This document shows, in pieces, positions 31,605 through 41,053 of a DNA stretch of 64,000 nt. Origin of the DNA: Nitrospirota bacterium (GTDB lineage Bacteria > Nitrospirota > Nitrospiria > Nitrospirales > Nitrospiraceae). The notes beneath the pieces are model-generated. The model did no database searches, was not told the origin of the DNA, and saw only the letters and a list, made by a program, of their open reading frames with translations. A program made the translations under genes and the position numbers. The first letter of the stretch is position 1; every line of letters starts with the position of its first letter. The stretch lies in assembly GCA_963701855.1 (NCBI GenBank), contig CAVPBK010000005.1:256001-320000 (forward strand), read 5' to 3'.

Positions 31605-32663
31605 GTGAACGGGTTCCAAGACAACTCCCAAATGCTGTTCCGTCTTGATGCGGAGGAATCAAGGCTTCGAGGGGAAAGTGCTGTTGCATGGCAGCAAATC
31701 TGTCGGCGGTTTCCGGTTCATAGGCAACCGGGGCATGGAGTCATCGTATCGCCATTTCAAGAGCAGTCATCTCCAATTACTCAACAAACAATATTTCGCT
31801 CACACAGTAAAGGCAGGGAGCATGCAGGTAAGCAGAGAAAGCTTCTAGGGTGGAACATATCAGTGTTGCTCCATGGTCTTGTCCTGACTGTTGTGACGGT
31901 GCTCAATCTTCACATGACTTCTCCACGAGTGACGCCACAGAAGGAGGCGTTCCATTGGGATGTGTCGCTCGTTTCGGTCCCCAAGACTGAACCCGTCGTT
32001 GCTGATGGAGTGCCGTCGCAAGAGGCTTTTCAGGCTGAAGAGATCTATCCTGAGGAAACGGGAGTCCGAGAGGTCGACTCATCGACTCAATCAGTAGAGT
32101 CGCTGCAGCAGATAGCGATCGTACAGACTATGTCATCGCCTGATAGAGCGCATCAACTCTTGTTTCCTCCAGAAAACAGGTCTCAGACGACAGAAGTATC
32201 CAGTAGGGCAACAACGATGTCCGTTGCCAGGCCCGTCGCGTCTATCTTGCCCCCTCCTGAAGTCGAGAACCAGACAGATTCGAAATTATTTCAACTTGAG
32301 ACGGAATTGGAAAATCCTACTGTGCTGCAACGCCCCCAAAGCATGACTCGAACTCCATTTAGCAAGACCATTCTCCCCGATTATGCATGGTTGATGGATA
32401 CGCTACGAACGAAGCTCGAGCGTGTCAAAACCTATCCAGCATTGGCAAAAGCCAACCATTGGCAGGGGCGTGTGGTCGTTCAGGTCCATATTGAAAGGGA
32501 TGGCCGCATTGCGAATTCGGAAATCGAAGAGAGTTCGGGACATGCGGTGTTGGATCGTGCGGCGCTGGAGGCCCTACAAGGCGTGTCGCCATTGATGCTC
32601 GCGCATGAACTGAATGGTAGTCCTGTCGTCATGTTGGTTCCCTTCAACTATCAACTCGAGTAA
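31605..32663 (+). CDS. Energy transducer TonB
   Basis: TM with SVLLHG motif, Pro/Glu-rich linker and C-terminal YPALAKANHWQGRVVV...SSGHAVLDRAA. Start uncertain. Confidence 0.85.
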   Translation: MNGFQDNSQMLFRLDAEESRLRGESAVAWQQICRRFPVHRQPGHGVIVSPFQEQSSPITQQTIFRSHSKGREHAGKQRKLLGWNISVLLHGLVLTVVTVLNLHMTSPRVTPQKEAFHWDVSLVSVPKTEPVVADGVPSQEAFQAEEIYPEETGVREVDSSTQSVESLQQIAIVQTMSSPDRAHQLLFPPENRSQTTEVSSRATTMSVARPVASILPPPEVENQTDSKLFQLETELENPTVLQRPQSMTRTPFSKTILPDYAWLMDTLRTKLERVKTYPALAKANHWQGRVVVQVHIERDGRIANSEIEESSGHAVLDRAALEALQGVSPLMLAHELNGSPVVMLVPFNYQLE

Positions 32664-32668
32664 ATCTT

Positions 32669-33205
32669 ATGCATGATCAGCGTCTTGTGCTCGAAACCTC
32701 GCTCTTTTATCAGTACTCCGGCGAACTGCTACGATTTCTGACTGCCAAACTAGGTTGCAGAGAACAGGCTGCTGATGTGGTGCAGGACACGTTCGTCCGT
32801 ATCCGCTGCCTGAAAGATTTGGCAGCCGTCGACCAGCCGCGCGCATTTCTTTACAAGACTGCGCTAAATCTCACGGTCGATCTGTTTCGACGGCAACGAG
32901 TCCGCGCCGAACGGATTGTCCAGCTTGAGGCGACCGAGGAAGTGCCATCCACGATACCGAGCCAGGACGTCGAGGTCGAGGCAAAAGAGCGTGTTCGACT
33001 TCTGTACGACGCGATCGCGGATCTCCCGCCCAAATGTCGACAGGTCTTTCTGCTCCATAAGTTCATGGATATTTCGCATGCGGAGATCGCCGCTCGTCTC
33101 GGGATTTCAAAGAACATGGTGGAAAAGCATGTGATGAAAGCCATGTCTCGGTGCCGGGAACGAGTTGAAGGCCTCGGGGACAACGGACACATCGATCCCT
33201 CATAG
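32669..33205 (+). CDS. FecI-type ECF sigma factor
   Basis: AADVVQDTF, PRAFLYKTALNL, LPPKCRQVFLL and EIAARLGIS..VEKH motifs. Adjacent to a FecR-like gene. Confidence 0.93.
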   Translation: MHDQRLVLETSLFYQYSGELLRFLTAKLGCREQAADVVQDTFVRIRCLKDLAAVDQPRAFLYKTALNLTVDLFRRQRVRAERIVQLEATEEVPSTIPSQDVEVEAKERVRLLYDAIADLPPKCRQVFLLHKFMDISHAEIAARLGISKNMVEKHVMKAMSRCRERVEGLGDNGHIDPS

Positions 33206-33235
33206 AGTGTCACTATATATATCAGCGACACACGG

Positions 33236-33266
33236 AGTCAGGTTTCTTCGGACTCTTGCGTCATAC
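33236..33266 (+). promoter_or_regulatory. Putative ECF-sigma promoter, copy 1 (upstream of fecR)
   Basis: AGTCAGGTTT-N7-CTC-N-TGCGTCA-N-AC, repeated ungapped at 36760-36790. Confidence 0.65.
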
Positions 33267-33316
33267 GACAGGGGAGCAGGAACTGGATAGGGTGATCTTT
33301 GCTTACAGGTTGAGAA

Positions 33317-34363
33317 GTGAATCGGATGAAGATCGTGCATGCTGTAACGGACGACCAGTTATCGACGGCTGATCAAGCACTTCGATGGTTCGTGCGGTTT
33401 CGGTCCGGCGATGCGACGGTCGCCGATCGGCGGAAGTTTCAGTCCTGGGTCAGGTCAGACCCGTCTCACCAACAGGAATTCGAGAAGATTTCCAGGCTTT
33501 GGATAGACCTTGACGAAACAAAACCGTTGCTCGCCGATGAGCTGAAGCGTGTCGTTGCCGATGGGAAATCCGAGGCTCATCGATCGCTTGAGAGGCATGC
33601 TGGACGATGGAGTACCTATGGACTTTCGAGCGCACTCGCAGCCTCTCTCATGTTGTTCATCGCAGTAGGCTGGTGGATGGTCGATCGACCAGAGACCGCG
33701 GTGTATCGGACTGTCAAGGGCGAACAGCGAACGGTTGCGCTCCCGGATGGGTCCAGGGTGATCCTGAATACCGATACCGCGGTCACGACGCAATTGTCCT
33801 CCTCTCGGAGGGGGGTGATTCTGCACAGAGGAGAAGCCTTCTTCGTCGTGTCGCATGACAAGCAGAGATCATTCGAGGTGGAGGCGGGCCGCGGAGTAAT
33901 TCGGGATATCGGCACACAGTTTACCGTCCGTCGGCAGTTGGAGCAGGTGACGGTGACTGTCGTAGAGGGTGCAGTAGAGGTACAGGGCCTATCGGAAAAA
34001 ATAGGCATAGCACCAGGGCAGCTTCTGACGGCCGGTGACAAGACGTCCTATGGGGCAGATGGCTTCCTCGCTCCAGTCGAAAAGATCGACATTGCCGTAT
34101 CCACCGCATGGATGGAAGGCAAAGTGCTGTTCGACCATCGTCCGTTGGCCGAGGTGATTCAGGAAATCGGTCGCTATCAAGAGGGAGAAATACGCGTCCT
34201 CGATCCCCGATTGAACGATCTCACAGTCAGTGGTGTATTTGGCGTCGATGATCGTGACGGGTTTCTGAGGGCACTTGAGACTGCAATTCCTGTGAAATCG
34301 ACCCGTGTAAACACAAGGTTAGTTGTTTTGGAGAAGAGCGATTTCCCCTCCCCTCGAAGATGA
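33317..34363 (+). CDS. FecR-type anti-sigma factor/transmembrane sensor
   Basis: QALRWFVR..FQSW..DPSHQQEF, a TM helix, and GEQRTVALPDGSRVILNTDT, GEAFF and IGTQF motifs. Confidence 0.93.
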   Translation: MNRMKIVHAVTDDQLSTADQALRWFVRFRSGDATVADRRKFQSWVRSDPSHQQEFEKISRLWIDLDETKPLLADELKRVVADGKSEAHRSLERHAGRWSTYGLSSALAASLMLFIAVGWWMVDRPETAVYRTVKGEQRTVALPDGSRVILNTDTAVTTQLSSSRRGVILHRGEAFFVVSHDKQRSFEVEAGRGVIRDIGTQFTVRRQLEQVTVTVVEGAVEVQGLSEKIGIAPGQLLTAGDKTSYGADGFLAPVEKIDIAVSTAWMEGKVLFDHRPLAEVIQEIGRYQEGEIRVLDPRLNDLTVSGVFGVDDRDGFLRALETAIPVKSTRVNTRLVVLEKSDFPSPRR

Positions 34364-34389
34364 GGGTTCATCGGTATCATTCGTCCAAG
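34359..34389 (+). promoter_or_regulatory. Putative ECF-sigma promoter, degenerate copy (upstream of exbB)
   Basis: TGAGGGTTCATCGGTATCATTCGTC matches copy 1 at 18 of 25 positions, with the same AGG-N16-CGTC spacing. Confidence 0.45.
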
Positions 34390-34445
34390 CGTAAGCGGTC
34401 GAGGTAATTCGGCCGCCGATTATTCATTTCATGAGGTGATCGATC

Positions 34446-34871
34446 GTGGAAGCACTGGAACATATGGTGGATTATGGTGTTATTGGATTACTCGTGGGTT
34501 TAAGCCTGTGGGCGTTGGCCGTGGCCGTGGAACGGTGGCTCTTCTATCGGCGAGTCACGTTGAACCAGTTTGACAATGTGCAAAGCATGGAGATCGCGTT
34601 GACCAGACGTCTGGTCGTCATTGGGACCGTCGCGGCCAATGCGCCCTATATCGGATTGCTAGGGACGGTCTTAGGCATCATGTTGACCTTTCATACCATG
34701 GGCACTTCGGGCACGATGGCCATGGGGACTATCATGGTCGGTCTCAGTTTGGCTCTCAAAGCGACGGCGGTGGGATTGTTGGTGGCGATCCCTTGTGTGG
34801 TGCTCAATAACATGCTGCGTCGACGGGTCTCCGAACTTCTGACACTCTACAGAGTGCAGCATGGAGCGTGA
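34446..34871 (+). CDS. exbB: TonB-system energizer ExbB (short type)
   Basis: NAPYIGLLGTVLGIM and ALKATAVGLLVAIP motifs. Confidence 0.93.
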   Translation: MEALEHMVDYGVIGLLVGLSLWALAVAVERWLFYRRVTLNQFDNVQSMEIALTRRLVVIGTVAANAPYIGLLGTVLGIMLTFHTMGTSGTMAMGTIMVGLSLALKATAVGLLVAIPCVVLNNMLRRRVSELLTLYRVQHGA

Positions 34872-35235
34872 GCTCAATCAGATCAATGTCATTCCATTAG
34901 TTGATGTCATGCTCGTGCTGTTGGTCATTGTCTTGACCACCGCGACCTTTATCTCGACTGGTCAAGTGCCGGTAGAATTGGCCAAGGCGAAAGAAGCCGG
35001 CGATCACAAGGACACGCCGTTGGTGATCACGCTCACGGCAGATGGGCGGATGTTCATTAACGATCAACCTGTGGGAGACGATGGTTTGAAAACGGTGCTG
35101 ACGTCGCACCCGAGAGAATCGTTTGTTGTGGTGCGCGCCGACCGGGTAACGGTGTTGGAACGGTTCGTGGGTGTGGTCGATGAGGTCCGAGGGTTGGGAT
35201 TTCGGCAGGTGAGTCTCGAGGTGGTTCGGTCATGA
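34861..35235 (+). CDS. exbD: Biopolymer transporter ExbD
   Basis: INVIPLVDVMLVLLVI and VRAD motifs. Confidence 0.93.
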   Translation: MERELNQINVIPLVDVMLVLLVIVLTTATFISTGQVPVELAKAKEAGDHKDTPLVITLTADGRMFINDQPVGDDGLKTVLTSHPRESFVVVRADRVTVLERFVGVVDEVRGLGFRQVSLEVVRS

Positions 35236-36077
35236 CAGCGGTCGAGATCAGCCAGGTAGCCAGAGGCCGCGAGGCGCATCATGCTCATGGCTGGATAGTT
35301 TCGATGCTGTGTCATGTGTTCGGCATCGGGAGCATTCTCTTGTTCATGGCGGACATCGAACCGCCGGTACTCCCGAACACATTTCAGTGGGAGGTCGCCA
35401 TGGTGGAAGCTCCGCCGACAGTGGAGCCGGCGCCTGCTCCACCGACGCCGACCCCCGTTCCTCAGCGCCAGGCTGAACGGTCCTTCGACCCTCGCCATCG
35501 TGCTCAAACCGCAGAGATGGTTCCACAAACAGTGCACGATATTGTTACTCCGATTGATGCGACGATGGAGCGCGCAATCATACAGACCACGGAAAGCTCG
35601 ACGGCAGTTACTCAGGCAGTTACCACCAATCACGAATCGGTGGCAGAGCAGGCAACCGTCACCTTTATGCAGAACTTGAGACAGGTGGAATTGGTAGAGC
35701 GAGAATCTCCTGCTTCCGACCCTCAATTATCCGCGATCGAGCATCGAGTCGTCCAACATCGGTTAGTGAAGGTTCGTGAGACGCAAGCCGACTATGGCTG
35801 GCTTCGGGATGCGCTCTGGGGTCGCATCCATGAGCTGAAGCGCTATCCATCGCTAGCCAAGGAGAACCATTGGGAAGGGAAGGTTGTGGTGCAAGCGGTA
35901 ATTCGCGCCGACGGTACAATCGTCGATTGTGAAGTTGCAGAAAGTTCTGGCCGGGCGATCCTGGATCAGGAGGCCCTGGCGGTTATGAGAAAAACCTCGC
36001 CGTTGATTCTCAAGCATCCGTTGGGGAAGCCGAGTATTACGCTACTTATTCCGATCACCTACAAGTTGGACGGCTAG
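35232..36077 (+). CDS. Energy transducer TonB (second paralog)
   Basis: SMLCH TM motif, Pro-rich linker and YPSLAKENHWEGKVVV...SSGRAILDQEA. Confidence 0.88.
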   Translation: MTAVEISQVARGREAHHAHGWIVSMLCHVFGIGSILLFMADIEPPVLPNTFQWEVAMVEAPPTVEPAPAPPTPTPVPQRQAERSFDPRHRAQTAEMVPQTVHDIVTPIDATMERAIIQTTESSTAVTQAVTTNHESVAEQATVTFMQNLRQVELVERESPASDPQLSAIEHRVVQHRLVKVRETQADYGWLRDALWGRIHELKRYPSLAKENHWEGKVVVQAVIRADGTIVDCEVAESSGRAILDQEALAVMRKTSPLILKHPLGKPSITLLIPITYKLDG

Positions 36078-36158
36078 CATCAAGGCCCCGCCTGGGTCAC
36101 GGTGATCGTAGAGGAGGAGAATACATTACGTGACTGAACGATAAACAGGAGAATCATC

Positions 36159-36617
36159 ATGATGAATTACTCGATGATCCGGCGCATATCCACGTTGTGC
36201 CGCGTGCTATGTGTGATGTTGGCATGTTCTGTGATTGGAAGTTCTGTCTGGGCGCAAACCAAGACTGACAAAGTCTTCCATGCCGTGGCGATGGATGCCA
36301 AGGGGGTCGAAACGGACATGAAGAACGTCATGTTCTATTGGGAGGAAAAAATCAGTGAGACGGCCTTCGTGCCGCACGAAGGCCGCGAAGTACCGGTCAA
36401 GCGCGGCACGGCCACGGTCAAGATCAAATTCGAGGCTATTAACCACATCGATCTCAAACCTTCCGGGAACGGCGCTCTGCCGAACGTCACGATTACACTC
36501 AATGACGGCAAGACGGGAGACTTCGTCCTCGCCATCGCGGGCAGTTTCAAAGGGCAATCAGACTTCGGAGAGGTTGAGCTGCCGGCAACTGAACTGAGGA
36601 AGCTCAGCTTTAGATAG
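36159..36617 (+). CDS. Exported hypothetical protein
   Basis: AGGAG RBS, Sec-type signal (VWA-QT) and a beta-rich mature region. Confidence 0.7.
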   Translation: MMNYSMIRRISTLCRVLCVMLACSVIGSSVWAQTKTDKVFHAVAMDAKGVETDMKNVMFYWEEKISETAFVPHEGREVPVKRGTATVKIKFEAINHIDLKPSGNGALPNVTITLNDGKTGDFVLAIAGSFKGQSDFGEVELPATELRKLSFR

Positions 36618-36759
36618 CGCCGCAAGCCATGCGACGTCGGGTAGACCCTCGCGGACGTTCATGCGCTTCTCAATTTCGGCTTTCCCTGACTCTGAAGCTG
36701 AACCGGTTTGGTGTCCCTGTCCCAGGCCATCACCAGCTGGCTATCTTTTCCGACGGAGA

Positions 36760-36790
36760 AGTCAGGTTTTTCAATTCTCATGCGTCAAAC
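36760..36790 (+). promoter_or_regulatory. Putative ECF-sigma promoter, copy 2 (upstream of the Com-like gene and receptor)
   Basis: AGTCAGGTTT-TTCAATT-CTC-A-TGCGTCA-A-AC. Confidence 0.65.
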
Positions 36791-36867
36791 CTATCGTGGA
36801 TGGGATTCGGCCTCTGTGCTCTCGTTGAGCAGGACGATAAATTTTTCTCCAGGGGCCAGGGGGGGCA

Positions 36868-37056
36868 ATGAGTGAACAGCGTGCGTCGGCGCCGGCTGCC
36901 ATGGATGTTCGATGTCGCTGTGGCAGGCTGATTGCTCGATGGGAAGGACACAGTCTTGTCATCAAGTGCACTCGATGCGGGCGTTTCGTACAGATTCACT
37001 CTTCGGCCATCAGTGGAACGCCACCTCCTGATCTGAGATCAGGGTCCCACCGGTAA
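36868..37056 (+). CDS. Com-like zinc-ribbon protein (phage Mu Com family-like)
   Basis: DVRCRCGRLIAR-x6-LVIKCTRCGRFVQI matches the Com pattern [IV]RC..C.[KR]L[LI]...I[KR]C.RC. G-rich RBS upstream. Confidence 0.7.
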   Translation: MSEQRASAPAAMDVRCRCGRLIARWEGHSLVIKCTRCGRFVQIHSSAISGTPPPDLRSGSHR

Positions 37057-37086
37057 TCCCGTCCACAGACAGGCGTTTGTCCGCAC

Positions 37087-37150
37087 GAGGCCAACGGAAC
37101 TTGAGTCCAGAGCCCACGGCTGCTTAGGCAGCCGTGGGCTCTGTTGTTTT
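37087..37150 (+). promoter_or_regulatory. Leader motif copy 2 with intrinsic terminator, between the Com-like gene and the receptor
   Basis: GAGGCCA-N9-GAGTCCAGAG. Perfect 16-bp stem CAGAGCCCACGGCTGC/ttag/GCAGCCGTGGGCTCTG followed by TTGTTTT. Confidence 0.78.
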
Positions 37151-37196
37151 CTAGAGGCAATGAGAACAAGTCAGTGCTGAGAAAGGAATAACGGCG

Positions 37197-39674
37197 ATGA
37201 CATGGCGCGAGATGGGAATTGGGTTGGGAGTGTTCGTATTGTTGATCGTATTGGCGTTCGTGGTGACACATTCTGCGTTTGCGCAGTCGGATGCGGTGAC
37301 CGTCACCATTCCACCTCAAGAGTTGTCGACAGCGCTGACGGCATTGGCCGAACAGACGAATCTGCAAGTACTCTATGCATCGGAACTTGCGAGCGGGAAA
37401 ATGACGAAAGGAGTCGCCGGCACGGTCACCGCGCAGGAGGCTATCCAACAGCTGATAGAAGGCACCGGTCTGGCCTATACGTTTACCGACGCCAAGACCG
37501 TGACGCTTCAGGCTGCGACACCGGCTGTGATGATCCCGGGCAATCTCTCTGCTCAGCCGGAACTCGGGACGATCAAACAGAAACCGATTAAAGTTCCAGA
37601 AGTTGTGGTGAAAGACGTCAGGACGCGCAGCTACACCGCCGATGAGGCCTCCAGCGCCACCAGGATTCCGATTCCCATTGAAGACGTTCCACGCTCTGTT
37701 GAGACCGTCACACGACAAGTAATTGATGACCAGAAAGTCATTCGTATGAGCGACGCGCTTCGGAATGTGAGCGGAACCTCTATGCCAAGTACACAGGGCG
37801 GCCGAGGCGGCGACTTCATGATCCGGGGTTTTCGGTCTGATCTGAACGTGTTCAAGAACGGCTTTCGGGAAGATAGTACGTTCGCTGCCCGGGCTGCACG
37901 GGACATCGCGAACCTCCAGAATATCGAAGTCGTGAAGGGACCACCTTCCTATCTCTATGGCCGAGCCGACCCGGGCGGTGTGATCAACCAGATTACCAAG
38001 GACCCGCTCCGAACACCCTACTACTCGGGTGAAATGATCTTTGGAAGCTACAACCTCTACCGGCCGACCATTGATATCGGCGGTCCGCTCAACGACAGCA
38101 GAACACTGACGTACCGGCTCAACGGCGTCTATGAGTCAGCCGAGAGCTATCGCGAAGGGGTTAAGAGCGAACGGGTATTCCTTGCGCCGACATTTGGTTG
38201 GGAAGCGACCTCACGGGACACATTTCGGCTTGAGCTCGAGTATCTCTATGATCGGTCCCCCATCGATCGAGGTCTGGTCGCAGTGGGAAGCGGTCCGGCG
38301 AATATTCCGATCGGCCGGTTTCTTGGAGACCCCACGAAGCGAGGAGAGATCAATCAGGGGAAGGCGACGTTGCAGTATCTTCATCAGTTCAACGAGATGT
38401 GGAAATGGCGAACCGCTGTGCGTATGGCCGTCACATCGGAAACCTATAACAGTCTCGAATCCTGGTTCATGGATGATGCAACAGGGAATCTCAGTTTGGC
38501 GGCGTTTCACATTCCATCGCTCGTACAAAGCAATTATATGCAGAATGAGGTACACGGTCTGTTTTCGACCGGGTCGGTGAAGCACAAGCTCTTAGCGGGT
38601 GTCGAGCTGGGATGGGAGTATTCGAAGCAGCAAGTACTTTCCGACTCTTTCGACTTCGCCAATTTGAACACCATCAATATTTATAATCCCTCCTATTCTT
38701 TTCACAATAACCGCTTGGACTCACAGTTTAACGGCACAACTAAAAACCAGATCGTGGGTGTCTATGCCGGCGATCAAATCAATCTGCTTGAGAACTTAAA
38801 GATGAATGTGGGTGGCCGGTTCGATTACTTCCATCAGAAGCAGGAGCTGAACCCCAATTCGTTCGATTCAACAAGCAGCACGGACGGACAGACCAAGAAT
38901 GCCTTCAGTCCGTCGATCGGGATCGTCTATCAACCGATCAAGCCGATCTCGTTGTTCGCCGATTTTACCCAGTCATTCGCCCCGCAATCTTCCATATCGC
39001 GAAGTGTCACCGGCCAAATATTCGAACCTGAGCGGGGACAGCAGGTCGAGGGAGGTATTAAATTTCAAGCGTACGAAGGAAAATTGCGGGCTACGATGGC
39101 CGTGTTTGAAATCAAAAAGAAGCACGTGCTCACCGCCGACGTCAGCCAAGGGCCGGGGTCCGGATTCTCCATCGCCACCGGAGAACAACGCAGCAAAGGC
39201 TTTGAATTCGACATTGCAGGACAGGTCCATCCAGGATTAGAGATCATCGGCAACTATGCCTACATCGATGCGCGCGTCACCCAAGACAATCTATTTGCCA
39301 TTGGCAGCCGCCTGCCGAATGTTCCTTTGAACCAAGGGAGTATCTGGGCCAAGTATGTCTTTCAAGAGGGTGTCGTGAAAGGGTTCGGAGCCGGGCTGGG
39401 AATGTACGCGCAAAGTAATCGTCAAGGTATTTTCCAGTGTCAGGATCCGATCCAGTGTCAGGCACCCTTCAATTTAGCTGGTTTCGTGCGCATGGATGGG
39501 GCGTTGTACTATTACAAACCGGAGGTATTTTCAGGAAGCAATCTGCTCGCGTCGTTGAACTTCACGAATCTACTGGATCAGCGCTACATGACCGGGGCGC
39601 AAAACTTCCGTGAAATTATCTACACCGGCGCACCATTGACGGTGATTGGTTCGCTGAAACTGGAGTTCAATTAG
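37197..39674 (+). CDS. TonB-dependent siderophore receptor with N-terminal signalling (STN) domain
   Basis: Signal peptide, STN (IPPQELSTALTALAEQT), plug (DVPRSV, IEVVKGPPSYLYG..PGGVINQITK) and a beta-barrel ending LKLEFN. Confidence 0.95.
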   Translation: MTWREMGIGLGVFVLLIVLAFVVTHSAFAQSDAVTVTIPPQELSTALTALAEQTNLQVLYASELASGKMTKGVAGTVTAQEAIQQLIEGTGLAYTFTDAKTVTLQAATPAVMIPGNLSAQPELGTIKQKPIKVPEVVVKDVRTRSYTADEASSATRIPIPIEDVPRSVETVTRQVIDDQKVIRMSDALRNVSGTSMPSTQGGRGGDFMIRGFRSDLNVFKNGFREDSTFAARAARDIANLQNIEVVKGPPSYLYGRADPGGVINQITKDPLRTPYYSGEMIFGSYNLYRPTIDIGGPLNDSRTLTYRLNGVYESAESYREGVKSERVFLAPTFGWEATSRDTFRLELEYLYDRSPIDRGLVAVGSGPANIPIGRFLGDPTKRGEINQGKATLQYLHQFNEMWKWRTAVRMAVTSETYNSLESWFMDDATGNLSLAAFHIPSLVQSNYMQNEVHGLFSTGSVKHKLLAGVELGWEYSKQQVLSDSFDFANLNTINIYNPSYSFHNNRLDSQFNGTTKNQIVGVYAGDQINLLENLKMNVGGRFDYFHQKQELNPNSFDSTSSTDGQTKNAFSPSIGIVYQPIKPISLFADFTQSFAPQSSISRSVTGQIFEPERGQQVEGGIKFQAYEGKLRATMAVFEIKKKHVLTADVSQGPGSGFSIATGEQRSKGFEFDIAGQVHPGLEIIGNYAYIDARVTQDNLFAIGSRLPNVPLNQGSIWAKYVFQEGVVKGFGAGLGMYAQSNRQGIFQCQDPIQCQAPFNLAGFVRMDGALYYYKPEVFSGSNLLASLNFTNLLDQRYMTGAQNFREIIYTGAPLTVIGSLKLEFN

Positions 39675-39719
39675 ATGTGCCGGGAAGGTTGCGCAGCCCG
39701 GTCTTGGTTGGGCTAGGCC

Positions 39720-40874
39720 GTGAACCGCATGCCTTGGCAGAAGCTGTGGCTGCGGGTTCATTGGTGGCTCGGTCTCTTTGCCGGGGCGATGTTTGTTTTC
39801 ATCGGGCTCACCGGAAGCACCTTGGTGTTCTATCAGGTTCTCGATGTATGGCTGAATCCGGAGCGACTCACGACAGGGGGTCGAGGAAGCTATCGTTCGT
39901 TTGATGAGATGGCGACGGCAGCTCGAATGGCGCGGCCCGATGTGCCAGGACCCTATGTCCTCTTGTTGCCGTCCGATACCCAGGGCGTGGTGGTTGCCTG
40001 GTTCAAGAAGTCTACTGGCGAGCAGGGGCGCGCCCAGGAGATCGAAGTTGCGATCGATCCGTACAGTTCAAGAGTTTTGAGCAAGGATCGTATGTGGGGC
40101 AGCACCCCGGTCTCGTTTGTCTACGAATTTCACCAAGCCCTGCTACTGGAAACGGTTGGGGAAACCATTCTCGGTTTCTTCGCCTTCTTCCTGTTGTTGT
40201 CGGTTTCCACAGGTCTCTACCTCTGGTGGCCAAAGCCGGGAAGAATTCGAGAAGCGTTTACGATCAAGTCTGATGGGAGCCGTCTCCGGAGCCTGTATGA
40301 CCTGCATAAGCTCAGCGGGATTTCGGGCGCGCTGATTCTGCTTGTTCTCGCTTCAACGGGCCTATATCTGGAGTTTCCCGCATACGTCAGCCCACTGGTC
40401 GGGTCGATTTCGCCATTTCCCGAAGAGCCTGTATTGCGTTCGAACGCAGGTTCGGAGAGACGATCTATTCCGATCGATCGGGCCGTCACGATCGCCCAGT
40501 CTATCTTTCCATCCGGTGAACTGAAGTGGGTCGGGTTGCCGCAACAGCGCGATGACGTCTACCAGATCGGTCTGCGTCAATCCGAGGAGGTTCGGCGTTC
40601 GAGTGGCGAAAGCATTGTTTGGCTGGATCAGTATAGCGGTGAGGTTTTACATACGCGCGACTGGAATCGACTTACTGGCGGAGAAACGTTCCTTGCCTGG
40701 CTGTTTCCCTTGCACAACGGCGAAGCGTTCGGACTAATAGGGCGATGGATCGTGTTCGTGACTGGATTTATTCCCTCCGTGCTCTATGCCACCGCGCTTC
40801 GGATGTGGTGGTTGAAGCGAAAGGCGCATATGCGGCGAAAAGCGAGTGTCGACTCCTCACCTGCGAACGCCTGA
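39720..40874 (+). CDS. PepSY-associated TM helix protein (ferrisiderophore reductase-like)
   Basis: HWWLGL..GLTGS, YEFH, TGLYLWWP, DLHKLSG and PLHNG conserved His motifs. Confidence 0.9.
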   Translation: MNRMPWQKLWLRVHWWLGLFAGAMFVFIGLTGSTLVFYQVLDVWLNPERLTTGGRGSYRSFDEMATAARMARPDVPGPYVLLLPSDTQGVVVAWFKKSTGEQGRAQEIEVAIDPYSSRVLSKDRMWGSTPVSFVYEFHQALLLETVGETILGFFAFFLLLSVSTGLYLWWPKPGRIREAFTIKSDGSRLRSLYDLHKLSGISGALILLVLASTGLYLEFPAYVSPLVGSISPFPEEPVLRSNAGSERRSIPIDRAVTIAQSIFPSGELKWVGLPQQRDDVYQIGLRQSEEVRRSSGESIVWLDQYSGEVLHTRDWNRLTGGETFLAWLFPLHNGEAFGLIGRWIVFVTGFIPSVLYATALRMWWLKRKAHMRRKASVDSSPANA

Positions 40875-41053
40875 TATTCCCATGAGTTACGTTTTCCCGC
40901 CCATCCGGCATGGGATCTATCTTTTCGGCAAGGATTCAACCCTGGCGCGGTGTCTAGAGGAGGAGTTACACCACATGAGGTTATTTCTAGTTCATACGTC
41001 ACATCTATATGGGTGGGTTGAGGGAAGATGGCGGCTGCGCTGAATGTTCTTCT

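Noticed and set aside
36629..36871. 80-aa ORF upstream of the Com-like gene
   Set aside because: No recognisable motif or RBS, and it spans the putative ECF promoter; probably spurious.
36868..37056. Mu-like prophage implied by the Com-like gene
   Set aside because: No mom/methylase, transposase, structural or tail genes in the neighbourhood.
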